Positions 1 through 8,526 of a stretch of 64,000 bases of DNA are shown here, in pieces. The notes beneath the pieces were generated by a model that saw only the letters and a list, made by a program, of their open reading frames with translations, had not been told where the DNA came from and searched no databases. The DNA is from Candidatus Woesearchaeota archaeon CG1_02_57_44 (lineage in GTDB: Archaea; Nanobdellota; Nanobdellia; Woesearchaeales; CG1-02-57-44), in contig MNWW01000066.1 of assembly GCA_001871415.1 (NCBI GenBank), positions 2,091 through 66,090 on the forward strand, in the 5' to 3' direction. A program made the translations under genes and the position numbers. Within the stretch, counting starts at the first letter, position 1. Each line of letters begins with the position of its first letter.

Positions 1-1871
1 GACAGGATCCCTTCAAGGAATTCCCTCATGGATTCGCTTGGCGTTGTTGAAGCGACAGTCCTGATGCTGGTCAGCAGGTCATAGCCGAACAGCTCAATAA
101 GGTCCACTACCTTATGCGCTTCCTTGGTGACCTCGCCGTACTCATTGCTATCCATGATCATCTTGAAGATGCCCACCGGCGGAACCCCTGATGATGAGAT
201 AGCGGCCATGTGATTGATGGCAAATGGCAGATTGGTATTGATGGAGCGCCTGCGATACTTCAGCCGCGTATACGGGTAACCGTAGAAGAGCGCGAACGTG
301 AGGATGCCAAAGGCAACGCCCATGAAGAGCCCCTTGCCAATGACCTGGCCTAATGTGCTTCCCAGCAGCCAGAAGTGCGCGAAGAATACCACTGTTCCTG
401 TGAGGAACGCCATCAACGTCCCCAGTATCATGAGGCTGATGTAGGTGTTGGACAGCACGGGCATGTTCGCGATGCGCAGCGCACCATACAGACCGCGAAA
501 AAATCCTGGAAATGTATCAAGCAGCCAGAGCGAGAGCTTCCTGGCCACACTATTCGCCATTGCTCCAATCTGGCTGGGCTTCCTGATGGAAGGCCGGGTA
601 TCACGCTTGAGGATCTTTCGGATATTGCGCGCCTCCTCAGCGAGCAGGTAACGGGGCACCTTGTTCATCTTCGGCAATCCTTCCGGCTCCGTCTCGGTCA
701 TGATGTTGCGTGGCTGCTCTGTCGAGCTCTTGAATCTAATACCCGTGTCCTGCAGATCCTCGACAGCGCTCTTCACTCCGTGCAGAGTGCGCGTAAGCCT
801 GGCTAATGGACCAGTAAAAGCCGTGCTTGGCGCTGGAGGCTTGGGCAATGGTGAGATCCCTGCAGAGCCGGGCCCATCAGCAGACAATGATCCCTGAAGC
901 TGGATTTCGCGGTCATGATGCACTATCCTTGCATACAACCTTGCGAACAGACCCTTTGGCTGCGCTGCCTTGACTGGAACATGCGAAGAAGTGGAGCTGT
1001 GCAGCGCACCCGTTTCAGGCAGTGCCTCGGCGCGCAGCTCCAATGGCGCCTGCGCTGGAGGCGCCCGGGCATGCTTTGCATCCTTCGCTGCTTCAGGCAG
1101 CAATTCTGATGCGATATCCTGCGCAGGGGACATGCCCTTCGCCCTTGCATGCTGCTTTTGCGCCACAGGTGATGCAGACGACGCTGTTTGCCTCACTGCC
1201 GCAGGCTCAGATGGTTTTGCCAGAGGTACTGGCGCTGCAGCGGCACTGTCCCTGTGTCGCAGATGCAAAAGATGCGGCCGATGCGCGCTCATCCACGCGA
1301 ACAGACGCGCGAAGAAACCCTGACGGGACGTCACCTCACCCTCTGGGCCAGCATGCGCAGGCAGAGTACTTGCCTGTGGCATCGCAGCGGTGGACGCCTG
1401 CGCGGCACCTGCCAATGCGCGCACGGATTTGGTCTTATGCGATGTTCCGGTGACGGCCACGCGCTCCGATTGGATTCCGGGTCGTATCACCTGCACGTTC
1501 TGCATCGCAGGTCGCGCGTCTGCCTGAGGCATGGCCGTCGCAGCCCGCATCACCACAGGCCTTCGCTCAAAGACCATGCCATAGTAGTGCGCGGCTATCT
1601 GCTGGTTCATGGCGCGCAGGCCCGCGCGAAGCGCGTCCAGGTATTCAGCGTATGACGCGAGGACATCCTCACGCGGCAGGCTGCCCAATGCCCCCTTCAA
1701 CCTGCGCTGATATGTTGCATGGTTGTAGCGCCCTTCCTTGTACGCGCGGTCAATGGTCTCCAGACGCCTCTTCAGGCGCAGATACTGCGTCTCATAGAGC
1801 TCCAACTCATCGACCAGAGCCAGCATCTCATGCAACGCGCGCCTAGTGTCCATGCAGCATCTGCCGGGCAT
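1..1871 (-). CDS. FlaJ/TadC-like (T2SS-F domain) polytopic membrane protein. The 3' end lies beyond the left edge of the window. It carries a long Ala/Pro/Ser-rich N-terminal extension. The start is uncertain: ATG at 1871, 1853 or 1826, or an internal Met near 701.
   Basis: Manual translation of the minus frame whose codons occupy 3k..3k+2. It is absent from the ORF track because no stop falls in the window. The frame is open from 2009 down to 1. It contains two TM helices (LMILGTLMAFLTGTVVFFAHFWLL, GLFMGVAFGILTFALFYGY) followed by a T2SSF-like cytoplasmic domain (NLPFAINHMAAISSSGVPPVGIFKMIMDSNEYGEVTKEAHKVVDLIELFGYDLLTSIRTV). GC3 is about 70-80% in the membrane part and at 1741-1800, but only about 35% in the A/P-rich linker near 1200. 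Confidence 0.6.
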   Translation of the reverse strand, partial: MPGRCCMDTRRALHEMLALVDELELYETQYLRLKRRLETIDRAYKEGRYNHATYQRRLKGALGSLPREDVLASYAEYLDALRAGLRAMNQQIAAHYYGMVFERRPVVMRAATAMPQADARPAMQNVQVIRPGIQSERVAVTGTSHKTKSVRALAGAAQASTAAMPQASTLPAHAGPEGEVTSRQGFFARLFAWMSAHRPHLLHLRHRDSAAAAPVPLAKPSEPAAVRQTASSASPVAQKQHARAKGMSPAQDIASELLPEAAKDAKHARAPPAQAPLELRAEALPETGALHSSTSSHVPVKAAQPKGLFARLYARIVHHDREIQLQGSLSADGPGSAGISPLPKPPAPSTAFTGPLARLTRTLHGVKSAVEDLQDTGIRFKSSTEQPRNIMTETEPEGLPKMNKVPRYLLAEEARNIRKILKRDTRPSIRKPSQIGAMANSVARKLSLWLLDTFPGFFRGLYGALRIANMPVLSNTYISLMILGTLMAFLTGTVVFFAHFWLLGSTLGQVIGKGLFMGVAFGILTFALFYGYPYTRLKYRRRSINTNLPFAINHMAAISSSGVPPVGIFKMIMDSNEYGEVTKEAHKVVDLIELFGYDLLTSIRTVASTTPSESMREFLEGIL

Positions 1872-2009
1872 TATCCTCGCAGAGGTGGAGCATCTCCTTC
1901 CTTGCCAGGGCAAAACGCGCCCGCGTGTGCGGCGTATCCTCACTGATAGCGTCGAGAATGTCAGCGAGCACCAATTGCTGGGCGATGTTCTTGCGCAAGG
2001 CGGCAGGTT

Positions 2010-3692
2010 TCATGCAGCGACCCCAAATTCTTTGAGGACAGCCCCCGGGTCCTTGTAATAGTGGTTGATGATATCCGTGAAATGCTTGAAATCTGTCACC
2101 TTGGCCTTAAAGAGCTTGTCCATGAGCTGGGCGCGGACCTTAAGCTCTTTCATGAGCTTGTCAACAGGAACACCCGTCTTGGCAGAGAGCTTCTGCATGA
2201 CCAGGGACTTATGGGAGAACACAAACGTATCCTTTCCTGGCTGCCAGGTGAAGACCGTGTTGACATCCGCGTGCCCGTCATCCTTCACACGCCCTATTTC
2301 CTCCAGGCGCAGCAGGCGGCGATAGTTAGTGCTCTGCTCGCGGATGTGCGTGAGCACGCACACGCAGTCAAGCGACTCAATGAGCGATGCCGGAAGATTG
2401 ATCGGCTGGGTCTGCAGGCGCCTGACGAGCGCTTCGACACTGCCCGCGTGGAAGGTCGCGTAGCTTGGATGCCCGGAGGCCATTCCCTGAAAGAGGACGT
2501 AGGTCTCAGGACCTCGCGTCTCGCCCACAATGACATAATCCGGATTCTGGCGGAATGTCTCGCGCAGCAGGTCGAACATGGTGATCTCGCCATACTGGGT
2601 GCCATCGCGCCCAGGCATGCCAAAGCCTGAGCGCGTCACGCTTGGCAACCAGTTCTCGTGGTTCAGATTCAATTCACGGGTATCCTCAATGCTACAGATG
2701 CGCGCTTCCGGCGGGATGAAGGAGACGAAACTGTTCAGGAAGGTAGTCTTGCCTGAGCCGGTCTCGCCGATGACCATGATATTGAAACGATGCTCTATGG
2801 CCATCCACAGGTAGGCGAAGACCTCTGCCGGAGCAGTCCCCACCTCCATGATATTGACAGGCATCCAGGGGTCACGGGCGAATTTTCGGATAGTGAATGT
2901 CGGCCCGCGCGTAGTCACATCATCCGTATACGTCCCATTGACGCGGCTGCCATCCGGTAGCGTGCCGTCGAGCAGGGGCTTTGCGTAGCTGACATAGCGG
3001 CCCGCTTTTTGCGAAAGCTTCTCCACAAAATTGACGAGTTCTGAGTGCGTTCCGAACGTGACATTGGTCCGCATGTTCTGGAACTTGCGATGCACGATGT
3101 AGACGGGGACGCCGATGCCATTGCATTCGATATCCTCAATGAAGTAGTCGCGCATGATGGGCTCTATCTCATTGAGCCCGATAGAATCCCGGTAGACATA
3201 GTACATGATTTTGTGATAAGATTCCTCGCTGATCCTTGTTCCCAGCTCAATGAGGATATTCTGCACATTCTGCTCCAGGTACGCGAGCAACTGGCCGATC
3301 TTGTGCACCTGCGCGTAGCTGACATTGATCATCTCCTCAAGTCCCAGCTTGACCAGGCGCAAGATCTCCTTTTCCGTATCATCCAGCACGGGCTGCTCAA
3401 CATCATATGCTAGTTCCTGGTTTTTTTGGTCCCAGTATAAGTGCGCGAACGCGTACGGGGGGATCAGGGGATATCTGATGTTGACGGTACGATAGTCTGT
3501 TATGGGCGCAATGCGGATGAGACGCGGGCGCAGGTCCAGGTTGAATTTTCCCTGCGGCAGGGCCTGCTTTTTCTGGAAGAATGGCAATTGCATGGTGCTT
3601 GTTCCTGTAGGTTTATGCTGACTTGCTGGAATATGGCGCTCTTGCTGTATACTGGCGGCAAAAGCCCTATCCCAACTACTTCTACCTTGCAT
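2010..3692 (-). CDS. flaI: FlaI/VirB11-family secretion ATPase (archaeal type IV pilus / archaellum assembly ATPase). An alternative start at Met34 (3593) is possible.
   Basis: 560-aa ORF with Walker A GETGSGKTTFLN, the N-terminal FlaI-like motif IRYPLIPPYAFAHLYWD and a C-terminal ...KEFGVAA. TGA stop at 2010-2012. Confidence 0.85.
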   Translation of the reverse strand: MQGRSSWDRAFAASIQQERHIPASQHKPTGTSTMQLPFFQKKQALPQGKFNLDLRPRLIRIAPITDYRTVNIRYPLIPPYAFAHLYWDQKNQELAYDVEQPVLDDTEKEILRLVKLGLEEMINVSYAQVHKIGQLLAYLEQNVQNILIELGTRISEESYHKIMYYVYRDSIGLNEIEPIMRDYFIEDIECNGIGVPVYIVHRKFQNMRTNVTFGTHSELVNFVEKLSQKAGRYVSYAKPLLDGTLPDGSRVNGTYTDDVTTRGPTFTIRKFARDPWMPVNIMEVGTAPAEVFAYLWMAIEHRFNIMVIGETGSGKTTFLNSFVSFIPPEARICSIEDTRELNLNHENWLPSVTRSGFGMPGRDGTQYGEITMFDLLRETFRQNPDYVIVGETRGPETYVLFQGMASGHPSYATFHAGSVEALVRRLQTQPINLPASLIESLDCVCVLTHIREQSTNYRRLLRLEEIGRVKDDGHADVNTVFTWQPGKDTFVFSHKSLVMQKLSAKTGVPVDKLMKELKVRAQLMDKLFKAKVTDFKHFTDIINHYYKDPGAVLKEFGVAA

Positions 3693-3708
3693 TTTTGGGC
3701 TGTTGTCT

Positions 3709-3725
3709 ATTTAAAGGTTTCGGGG
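3709..3725 (-). promoter_or_regulatory. BRE/TATA box for flaI. The minus strand reads CCCGAAACC-TTTAAATA, ending 16 nt upstream of ATG 3692.
   Basis: Exact match to the archaeal TATA consensus TTTAWATA, preceded by a CGAAA BRE. Similar BRE/TATA pairs sit 20-27 nt upstream of many starts in this window. Confidence 0.45.
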
Positions 3726-3969
3726 AAGGAGGGCAACAGCTTCTGCGAGTATAAGAATGACCAGCGGACCCTGGCTCTGTTTCTAGAACACTGGCTCAGA
3801 CGTCCTGCGGATCAGATGGTTACCAGAATATTCAAGAAGCATATTCCCTGGCGAACACACGCCCATCCGCGATCTTCAGACTCAATTGCTGCGGGAGGAC
3901 CACTGCCCGCCTGAACGCGCGCATGCCATAGCCTGGCTGGTGCCTGAAGGATTCGATGACCTGCACTGC

Positions 3970-4425
3970 CTAGTTACCCGCAGGGTCAGAGCCAAGGACA
4001 GCACTGGCCAACTCGGCATCAGATGCGCGTGAGGAGATATTGCCCGTCACATCAAGGCTGGAACGAAGCGCCCATACCTCGCGCTGCCCACCTACATCCC
4101 TGGAGAGATACAATGTCGCGACACCGAGAGGCAAGTGAGTCAGATAGTAGACATCTTCAGAGCCGCCATAGCTATGAATCATCTGTTCTCCCCGGTTACG
4201 CGCCGGAACAGTCTTGGTCAGGCTAATGACAGGAGCCTGCAACCCGAGATGCGTATTGACCGCGGTAGTCGATCTCGCGCCGACCATAGGTGACCTGCCC
4301 ACACCCAAGACGTTCCCATCCCAGGGCCTGAAGAAAGAGACATATTCCTCAATTGGCCTGACGAGTTCATCTTCGTGGACTGACCCAGGACATACCCACC
4401 GATCCAACCAGGACACAGAACACAA
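3970..4425 (-). CDS. Hypothetical protein (151 aa), weakly supported.
   Basis: Only ORF in a roughly 900-nt gap between the flaI promoter and the RGG gene. No recognisable motif. Confidence 0.2.
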   Translation of the reverse strand: MCSVSWLDRWVCPGSVHEDELVRPIEEYVSFFRPWDGNVLGVGRSPMVGARSTTAVNTHLGLQAPVISLTKTVPARNRGEQMIHSYGGSEDVYYLTHLPLGVATLYLSRDVGGQREVWALRSSLDVTGNISSRASDAELASAVLGSDPAGN

Positions 4426-4663
4426 GGATTTAAAAGCAGACCTGTTTTCGGAGGTGCATCAGACATCAGGACAGCTTGGGAACAGGAAATTCCTGCGCCA
4501 GGAGCTGTCACGGTGATCCTGAAACAGCACCCATCGCAGCAAGCCTGCAAATGGACGCTGACAGTAAGGTCATGAGAGCTATAACGGCTGTCATGAAACG
4601 TGGCAGCGATGTATAGGTCGCTGCAGAGAAGAAAAAAAGCAAAACACCAAGTGGTGCACAACA

Positions 4664-4957
4664 ATGGGACAAGGAAATGATAGATTTGGCAAGGGCGGCA
4701 ACAGGGGATACCACAATAGCAGGGACGAAGGGTCCCACAGCGACGGTGGCTTCGGCGGTCGCAGCAATGACGGCGGCAGCAGAGGCGGACGCGGCGGCTT
4801 TGGCGGTGGAAGGAATTTTTCCTCAGGCCCACGCGAGATGCACAAAGCGATGTGCGCTGAATGCAACAAGGAATGCGAAGTGCCCTTCAAGCCAACAGAA
4901 GGCAGGCCTGTCTACTGCAGGGACTGCTTTCAGAAGCACAAGCCACAACGCTTCTAG
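4664..4957 (+). CDS. Small (97 aa) Gly/Arg-rich (RGG-box-like) protein with a C-terminal C4 zinc ribbon; putative nucleic-acid-binding protein.
   Basis: N-terminus GGNRGYHNSRDEGSHSDGGFGGRSNDGGSRGGRGGFGGGRNF. C-terminus CAECNKECEVPFKPTEGRPVYCRDCF (CxxC...CxxC). High GC3. Followed by a hairpin/T-tract terminator. Confidence 0.6.
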   Translation: MGQGNDRFGKGGNRGYHNSRDEGSHSDGGFGGRSNDGGSRGGRGGFGGGRNFSSGPREMHKAMCAECNKECEVPFKPTEGRPVYCRDCFQKHKPQRF

Positions 4958-4990
4958 GAACGCATAAACCATCTGACTACTACTTTAGTA

Positions 4991-5028
4991 GCGCCCGGCG
5001 TCGCCGGGCATCTTGTTTTCTTTTTTCT
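4991..5028 (+). terminator. Hairpin (GCCCGGCG-tc-CGCCGGGC) followed by an oligo-T tract (TCTTGTTTTCTTTTTTCTC).
   Basis: Perfect 8-bp inverted repeat at 4992-4999 / 5002-5009, then T-rich run at 5011-5028, directly after the RGG gene stop. Confidence 0.5.
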
Positions 5029-5154
5029 CTCCCACACATCCATTCTTTCGCAAGTTCCTCCTGTGTGTCTGGACATCATCGACAGCCATCTTCAGCAGTC
5101 AAAAAAGCCACCACGGTCGCAACTTACTTAAGCTGCAGCTTGCTTTTCAACCCC

Positions 5155-6009
5155 ATGCGAATCCATCTGGAGCTACAGAAAAGCATCGATCAGAATGCAG
5201 GCCTGTACTTTGAGCAGGCAAAGAAAGCGAAAGCCAAGGCGGAAGGCGCGAGAACCGCGCTTGAGGACACGAAGCGAAAGCTCAAATCAGCGCAAAAAGA
5301 CCTGGCCAAGGAGCAGGCAGCGTCCCATGCAGCCCAGCAGGAACAGCAGCGCGCCAGCGACCATAAAGAGCAAGCCAAGGCGCGGGCCGCGTGGTACCAC
5401 AGCTATCGGTGGTTCCTCAGTTCTGACGGCATCCTCTGCGTCGGCGGACGCGACGCGACACAGAACGAGGTGCTCATCAAGAAGCACACGCAGCCTGGCG
5501 ACAAGGTCCTCCACACCGACATGGCAGGCAGCCCGTTCTTCATCGTGAAAGCAGAAGGCAACGATATTCCCGAGTCGACACTGCAGGAAGCGGCCAACGC
5601 GACCGCGTCATTCAGCAAGGCCTGGGGCCTTGGTCTCTCGTCGACACCGGTGTTCTGGGTCAAGCCAGAGCAAGTGAGCAAGGAAGCCGCGTCAGGAGAA
5701 TATCTCACACGCGGCGCGTTCGTCATCAAGGGAAAGACCAACTACCTGGACAACCAAATGGACCTGTGCATCGGTGTCGTCGACAGATTTGTCATGGCAG
5801 GACCAGAGCGCGCCGTCGCTTCGCACAGCCCCACCTATGTGCGCATACTTCCCGGAGACCAGAAGACCAGCGCGGTGGCGAAAGCGACCTACAATATCAT
5901 CCTCAAAGGAGAGCCAAAATCCTACTTGGATGATATCATCAGGGCATTGCCCACCGGCGGCTGCTCACTTCCGAAGCGTCTTGAGCACACCGGGAAGCAG
6001 CGGCAGTAG
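5155..6009 (+). CDS. NFACT-R (DUF814) domain protein with an N-terminal coiled coil (short RqcH/Tae2/FbpA-like protein).
   Basis: WFLSSDGILCVGGRDATQNEVLIKKHTQPGDKVLHTDMAGSPFFIV matches the NFACT-R signature. The upstream part of ORF 4861.. overlaps the RGG gene and its terminator, so the start is taken at Met99 (ATG 5155). Confidence 0.6.
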   Translation: MRIHLELQKSIDQNAGLYFEQAKKAKAKAEGARTALEDTKRKLKSAQKDLAKEQAASHAAQQEQQRASDHKEQAKARAAWYHSYRWFLSSDGILCVGGRDATQNEVLIKKHTQPGDKVLHTDMAGSPFFIVKAEGNDIPESTLQEAANATASFSKAWGLGLSSTPVFWVKPEQVSKEAASGEYLTRGAFVIKGKTNYLDNQMDLCIGVVDRFVMAGPERAVASHSPTYVRILPGDQKTSAVAKATYNIILKGEPKSYLDDIIRALPTGGCSLPKRLEHTGKQRQ

Positions 6010-6840
6010 GTCAGAGGCCAGAAATCCAGGGCCTTGTTTCTTGTAGAGCATATCGCCAGCAGCGCCGACCGCGTATGCCGCAGCGACGGCAGCGTCAAAC
6101 AACTTGTTTCCCTGCGCGATAATGCCTGCGACGACCCCCGCCAGCACATCGCCTGTTCCGCCGACAGTCATGCCTTCGTTGCCCGTCGCGTTGACATGGA
6201 TCCTATCGCTGGAGACGACCAGATCATAGCGACCCTTGAGCAGCACCACATTTCCCTGCGTGAGGAATGATGCCATCGCCCCTTGCAGGCGCTTCGCCTC
6301 GGCCCGCGCGGCGGCAGACGTCGTCGGCTCTCGAGCCGCGTAGCCCATGGAGCCCAATTCGCTCCGATGCGGCGTTATGACACAATCACGAGGAAACACT
6401 CTCTTACCACGTAGCGCGCGGACCATCTCGGCGTCGAGCACCAAAGGAACGGTCTGCTGAATGGCCTGCTGCGCTGTCGCCACCTGCAGTCGATGCCCGA
6501 TGCGTGCTTCTCGTGCGCTCATGCCCGGGCCCATGAGCAGGCATGACTTGCCCGCCAAATGCTGCCGAAGCGATGGCAGATGTGACATCGCGAGTCTCGC
6601 GCCTGGCAGCTTGATAGTGATGACATCAGGGGTGATAGCATTGACTGCCCATGCAACCTTTGTCGGCGCGGCGAGATAGACAAGATCAGATCCAGAGCGC
6701 AGCACGGCAAGCGCCGCCATGCCGCAAAGCGCGGCAGCGCCAGGAAACTCCGGGCTGCCTGCGACGATCAGGACCTTGCCGTTCTGCCCTTTGTGGCTTG
6801 ATGGCAAGCGAGGCTTGAGGGCGGGAATAATTCGCGGCAT
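5965..6840 (-). CDS. nnrD: ADP-dependent NAD(P)H-hydrate dehydratase (YjeF C-terminal domain family).
   Basis: GKVLIVAGS...GAAALCG...GTGDVLAG motifs, 291 aa. Its 3' end overlaps the convergent NFACT gene by 45 nt. Confidence 0.8.
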   Translation of the reverse strand: MPRIIPALKPRLPSSHKGQNGKVLIVAGSPEFPGAAALCGMAALAVLRSGSDLVYLAAPTKVAWAVNAITPDVITIKLPGARLAMSHLPSLRQHLAGKSCLLMGPGMSAREARIGHRLQVATAQQAIQQTVPLVLDAEMVRALRGKRVFPRDCVITPHRSELGSMGYAAREPTTSAAARAEAKRLQGAMASFLTQGNVVLLKGRYDLVVSSDRIHVNATGNEGMTVGGTGDVLAGVVAGIIAQGNKLFDAAVAAAYAVGAAGDMLYKKQGPGFLASDLLPLLPGVLKTLRK

Positions 6841-6963
6841 AGCTATTGATACGATACGCTCCCTAATAATGCTTTTGCGCGTCTGGACCGCAAGAGAGAC
6901 CCATCAGAGACATCCGACAAGATTCAGATGCGCGCACGATGGAGTTGACAGAACAATAGCGAC

Positions 6964-7569
6964 TCATGGTGCCGTAGAATCACTCACTCGCACGCCCTTG
7001 CCGGTCTCTTCCATAGTCAGACCGACAATACCTGTCGTCCGACCCAGACATAGGATGTGCGAGGCATCCTGCACCTCCATACCCGGAACGTAGCGTGTAA
7101 GCGCGCCATCACCCTCGCTCGGCAGGATGAAGATGTTCTGACGCGCATGCCCCTGAACGCTCGCCACCACCTGCGGGTATGAGGAATAATAGGAAAGGTC
7201 CGTCGTCGTCACTGCTGCCAGGTCCACCAGACAGAGCTCTTTGGCGCCCAGTGGCAACGGGAATTCCCGCGACTCCACAGAACCGGAATGCCCGGACACC
7301 GCAGCGAGCGTATTCTCGAACTCGGCAAGAAAACCGGTCATGGCCGCCTCGCTCTGATGCGCGCGCAGGCTGGCCACCGACTTGACACCGAAGACGATGA
7401 TGATGACCAGGATGAACGCCGCGGCCAGCATGACGAACGCATGCACAGAGATCTGGGCGCGGACATCGCGACCATGACGCACGCTCGATACATCGCCATC
7501 CCAGACCACGCTCGGCTCAGAGGCGCCCCGCTGCTCTTGTCCCATTCGCCCCTCATCGCCAACACGCAT
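6964..7569 (-). CDS. Hypothetical single-pass membrane protein (about 202 aa); start uncertain.
   Basis: One TM helix (VHAFVMLAAAFILVIIIVFGV). The longer ORF to 7749 would overlap the nnrE start and its TATA. Confidence 0.35.
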   Translation of the reverse strand: MRVGDEGRMGQEQRGASEPSVVWDGDVSSVRHGRDVRAQISVHAFVMLAAAFILVIIIVFGVKSVASLRAHQSEAAMTGFLAEFENTLAAVSGHSGSVESREFPLPLGAKELCLVDLAAVTTTDLSYYSSYPQVVASVQGHARQNIFILPSEGDGALTRYVPGMEVQDASHILCLGRTTGIVGLTMEETGKGVRVSDSTAP

Positions 7570-7574
7570 ATAAA
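7566..7574 (+). promoter_or_regulatory. TATA box (CATATAAATACC) about 27 nt upstream of the nnrE ATG at 7597.
   Basis: ATATAAATA matches the archaeal TATA consensus at the expected distance. Confidence 0.4.
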
Positions 7575-7596
7575 TACCTTGCCACTCCACAGCAGC

Positions 7597-8277
7597 ATGA
7601 TAACGATAGAGGAGATGCGAAACCTTGAAGCGCAAGCAGAACGTCACGGTGTGTCGCGCTGGCAGTTGATGCAGAACGCGGGCAAGCAGGCAGCGCGTGT
7701 CGCGGCTGAAGGCAGACCACCGTACCTTGCGCTCGTGCTCTGCTACCACGGCAACAATGGCGGCGACGGCTTTGTCATGGCTGAAGAGCTCGCCGAAAAA
7801 GGATGGAAGACCACGGTCGCGTTCCTCGGGAGCATGGACAAGTTCAAGGCAGATGGCGAACGCGCATTCGGGAGCATCAGCGGATCACGCATCATCGCTG
7901 GCGTCGCGGCTGCGAAAGAATACGCCGGATTCCTGACCGAGCAGGATATTATCGTCGACGCGATGCTCGGCACAGGAGCGTCGACCTGGCCGGAAGGCCT
8001 CAGAGAGCCGCTGCGCTCTGCTGTCGCCGTGTTCAACGCGTGCGCCGCGCGCAAGATATCGCTTGATGTGCCCACGGGCATCGGCACAGAGCACTGCTGC
8101 AGACCTGACCTCATCATCGCGTTCCATGACGAGAAACGATGGTATACGAATGGTGACACAGATGCTACGCTCATCGCGTCCATCCACGCGAAGACTGTGA
8201 TTGTCGACATAGGCATACCAGCTTCGCAGCAACCTGACACTTCAAGCCCGCAAGCAGGAGCAGAACCAAAGAAATAA
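7597..8277 (+). CDS. nnrE: NAD(P)H-hydrate epimerase (YjeF N-terminal domain family).
   Basis: GNNGGDG motif, conserved layout. Start taken at Met104 of ORF 7288.. (MITIEEMRNLEAQ), downstream of the TATA. Confidence 0.8.
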   Translation: MITIEEMRNLEAQAERHGVSRWQLMQNAGKQAARVAAEGRPPYLALVLCYHGNNGGDGFVMAEELAEKGWKTTVAFLGSMDKFKADGERAFGSISGSRIIAGVAAAKEYAGFLTEQDIIVDAMLGTGASTWPEGLREPLRSAVAVFNACAARKISLDVPTGIGTEHCCRPDLIIAFHDEKRWYTNGDTDATLIASIHAKTVIVDIGIPASQQPDTSSPQAGAEPKK

Positions 8278-8526
8278 ATACAGGAACAGAATATCAACAG
8301 CCATGGCATCACAGAATGAGGCACAGGCGCCATCGCGCGCTGGTAGTCTTCATCAGCAGTGACAGCTCTTTTTTCGTCGACAGTTCAATCATATCAGTAA
8401 GCGCGCCATCAATTCCTGGAAGCGCTGAGGATCCGAGAATAGCGTGGCCTCTGGCACAGGAGCCATCGCAGACAGCCACGCATTTTGCGGACCGTATCCG
8501 TGAGGCGGCATCACCGTCGCAGATAG

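Noticed and set aside
375-1946. Six overlapping plus-strand ORFs (375..806, 970..1323, 1022..1453, 1188..1655, 1652..1846, 1719..1946), including one with a seemingly high GC3.
   Set aside because: All are antisense to the open FlaJ-like minus frame. The high plus-frame GC3 at 1200-1260 is explained by Ala/Pro/Gly codons (GCN/CCN/GGN) on the minus strand, which put G/C at the in-register plus third position. Their translations are Arg/Cys/His-rich nonsense.
3740-4660. Possible tRNA or other structured RNA in the gene-poor 900-nt gap.
   Set aside because: No T-loop (GTTCGAATC-like) or acceptor-stem pattern found by eye. A proper scan is needed.
4218-4832. 204-aa Cys/Arg-rich minus ORF overlapping the RGG gene.
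   Set aside because: Implausible composition. It overlaps a better-supported gene that has its own terminator.
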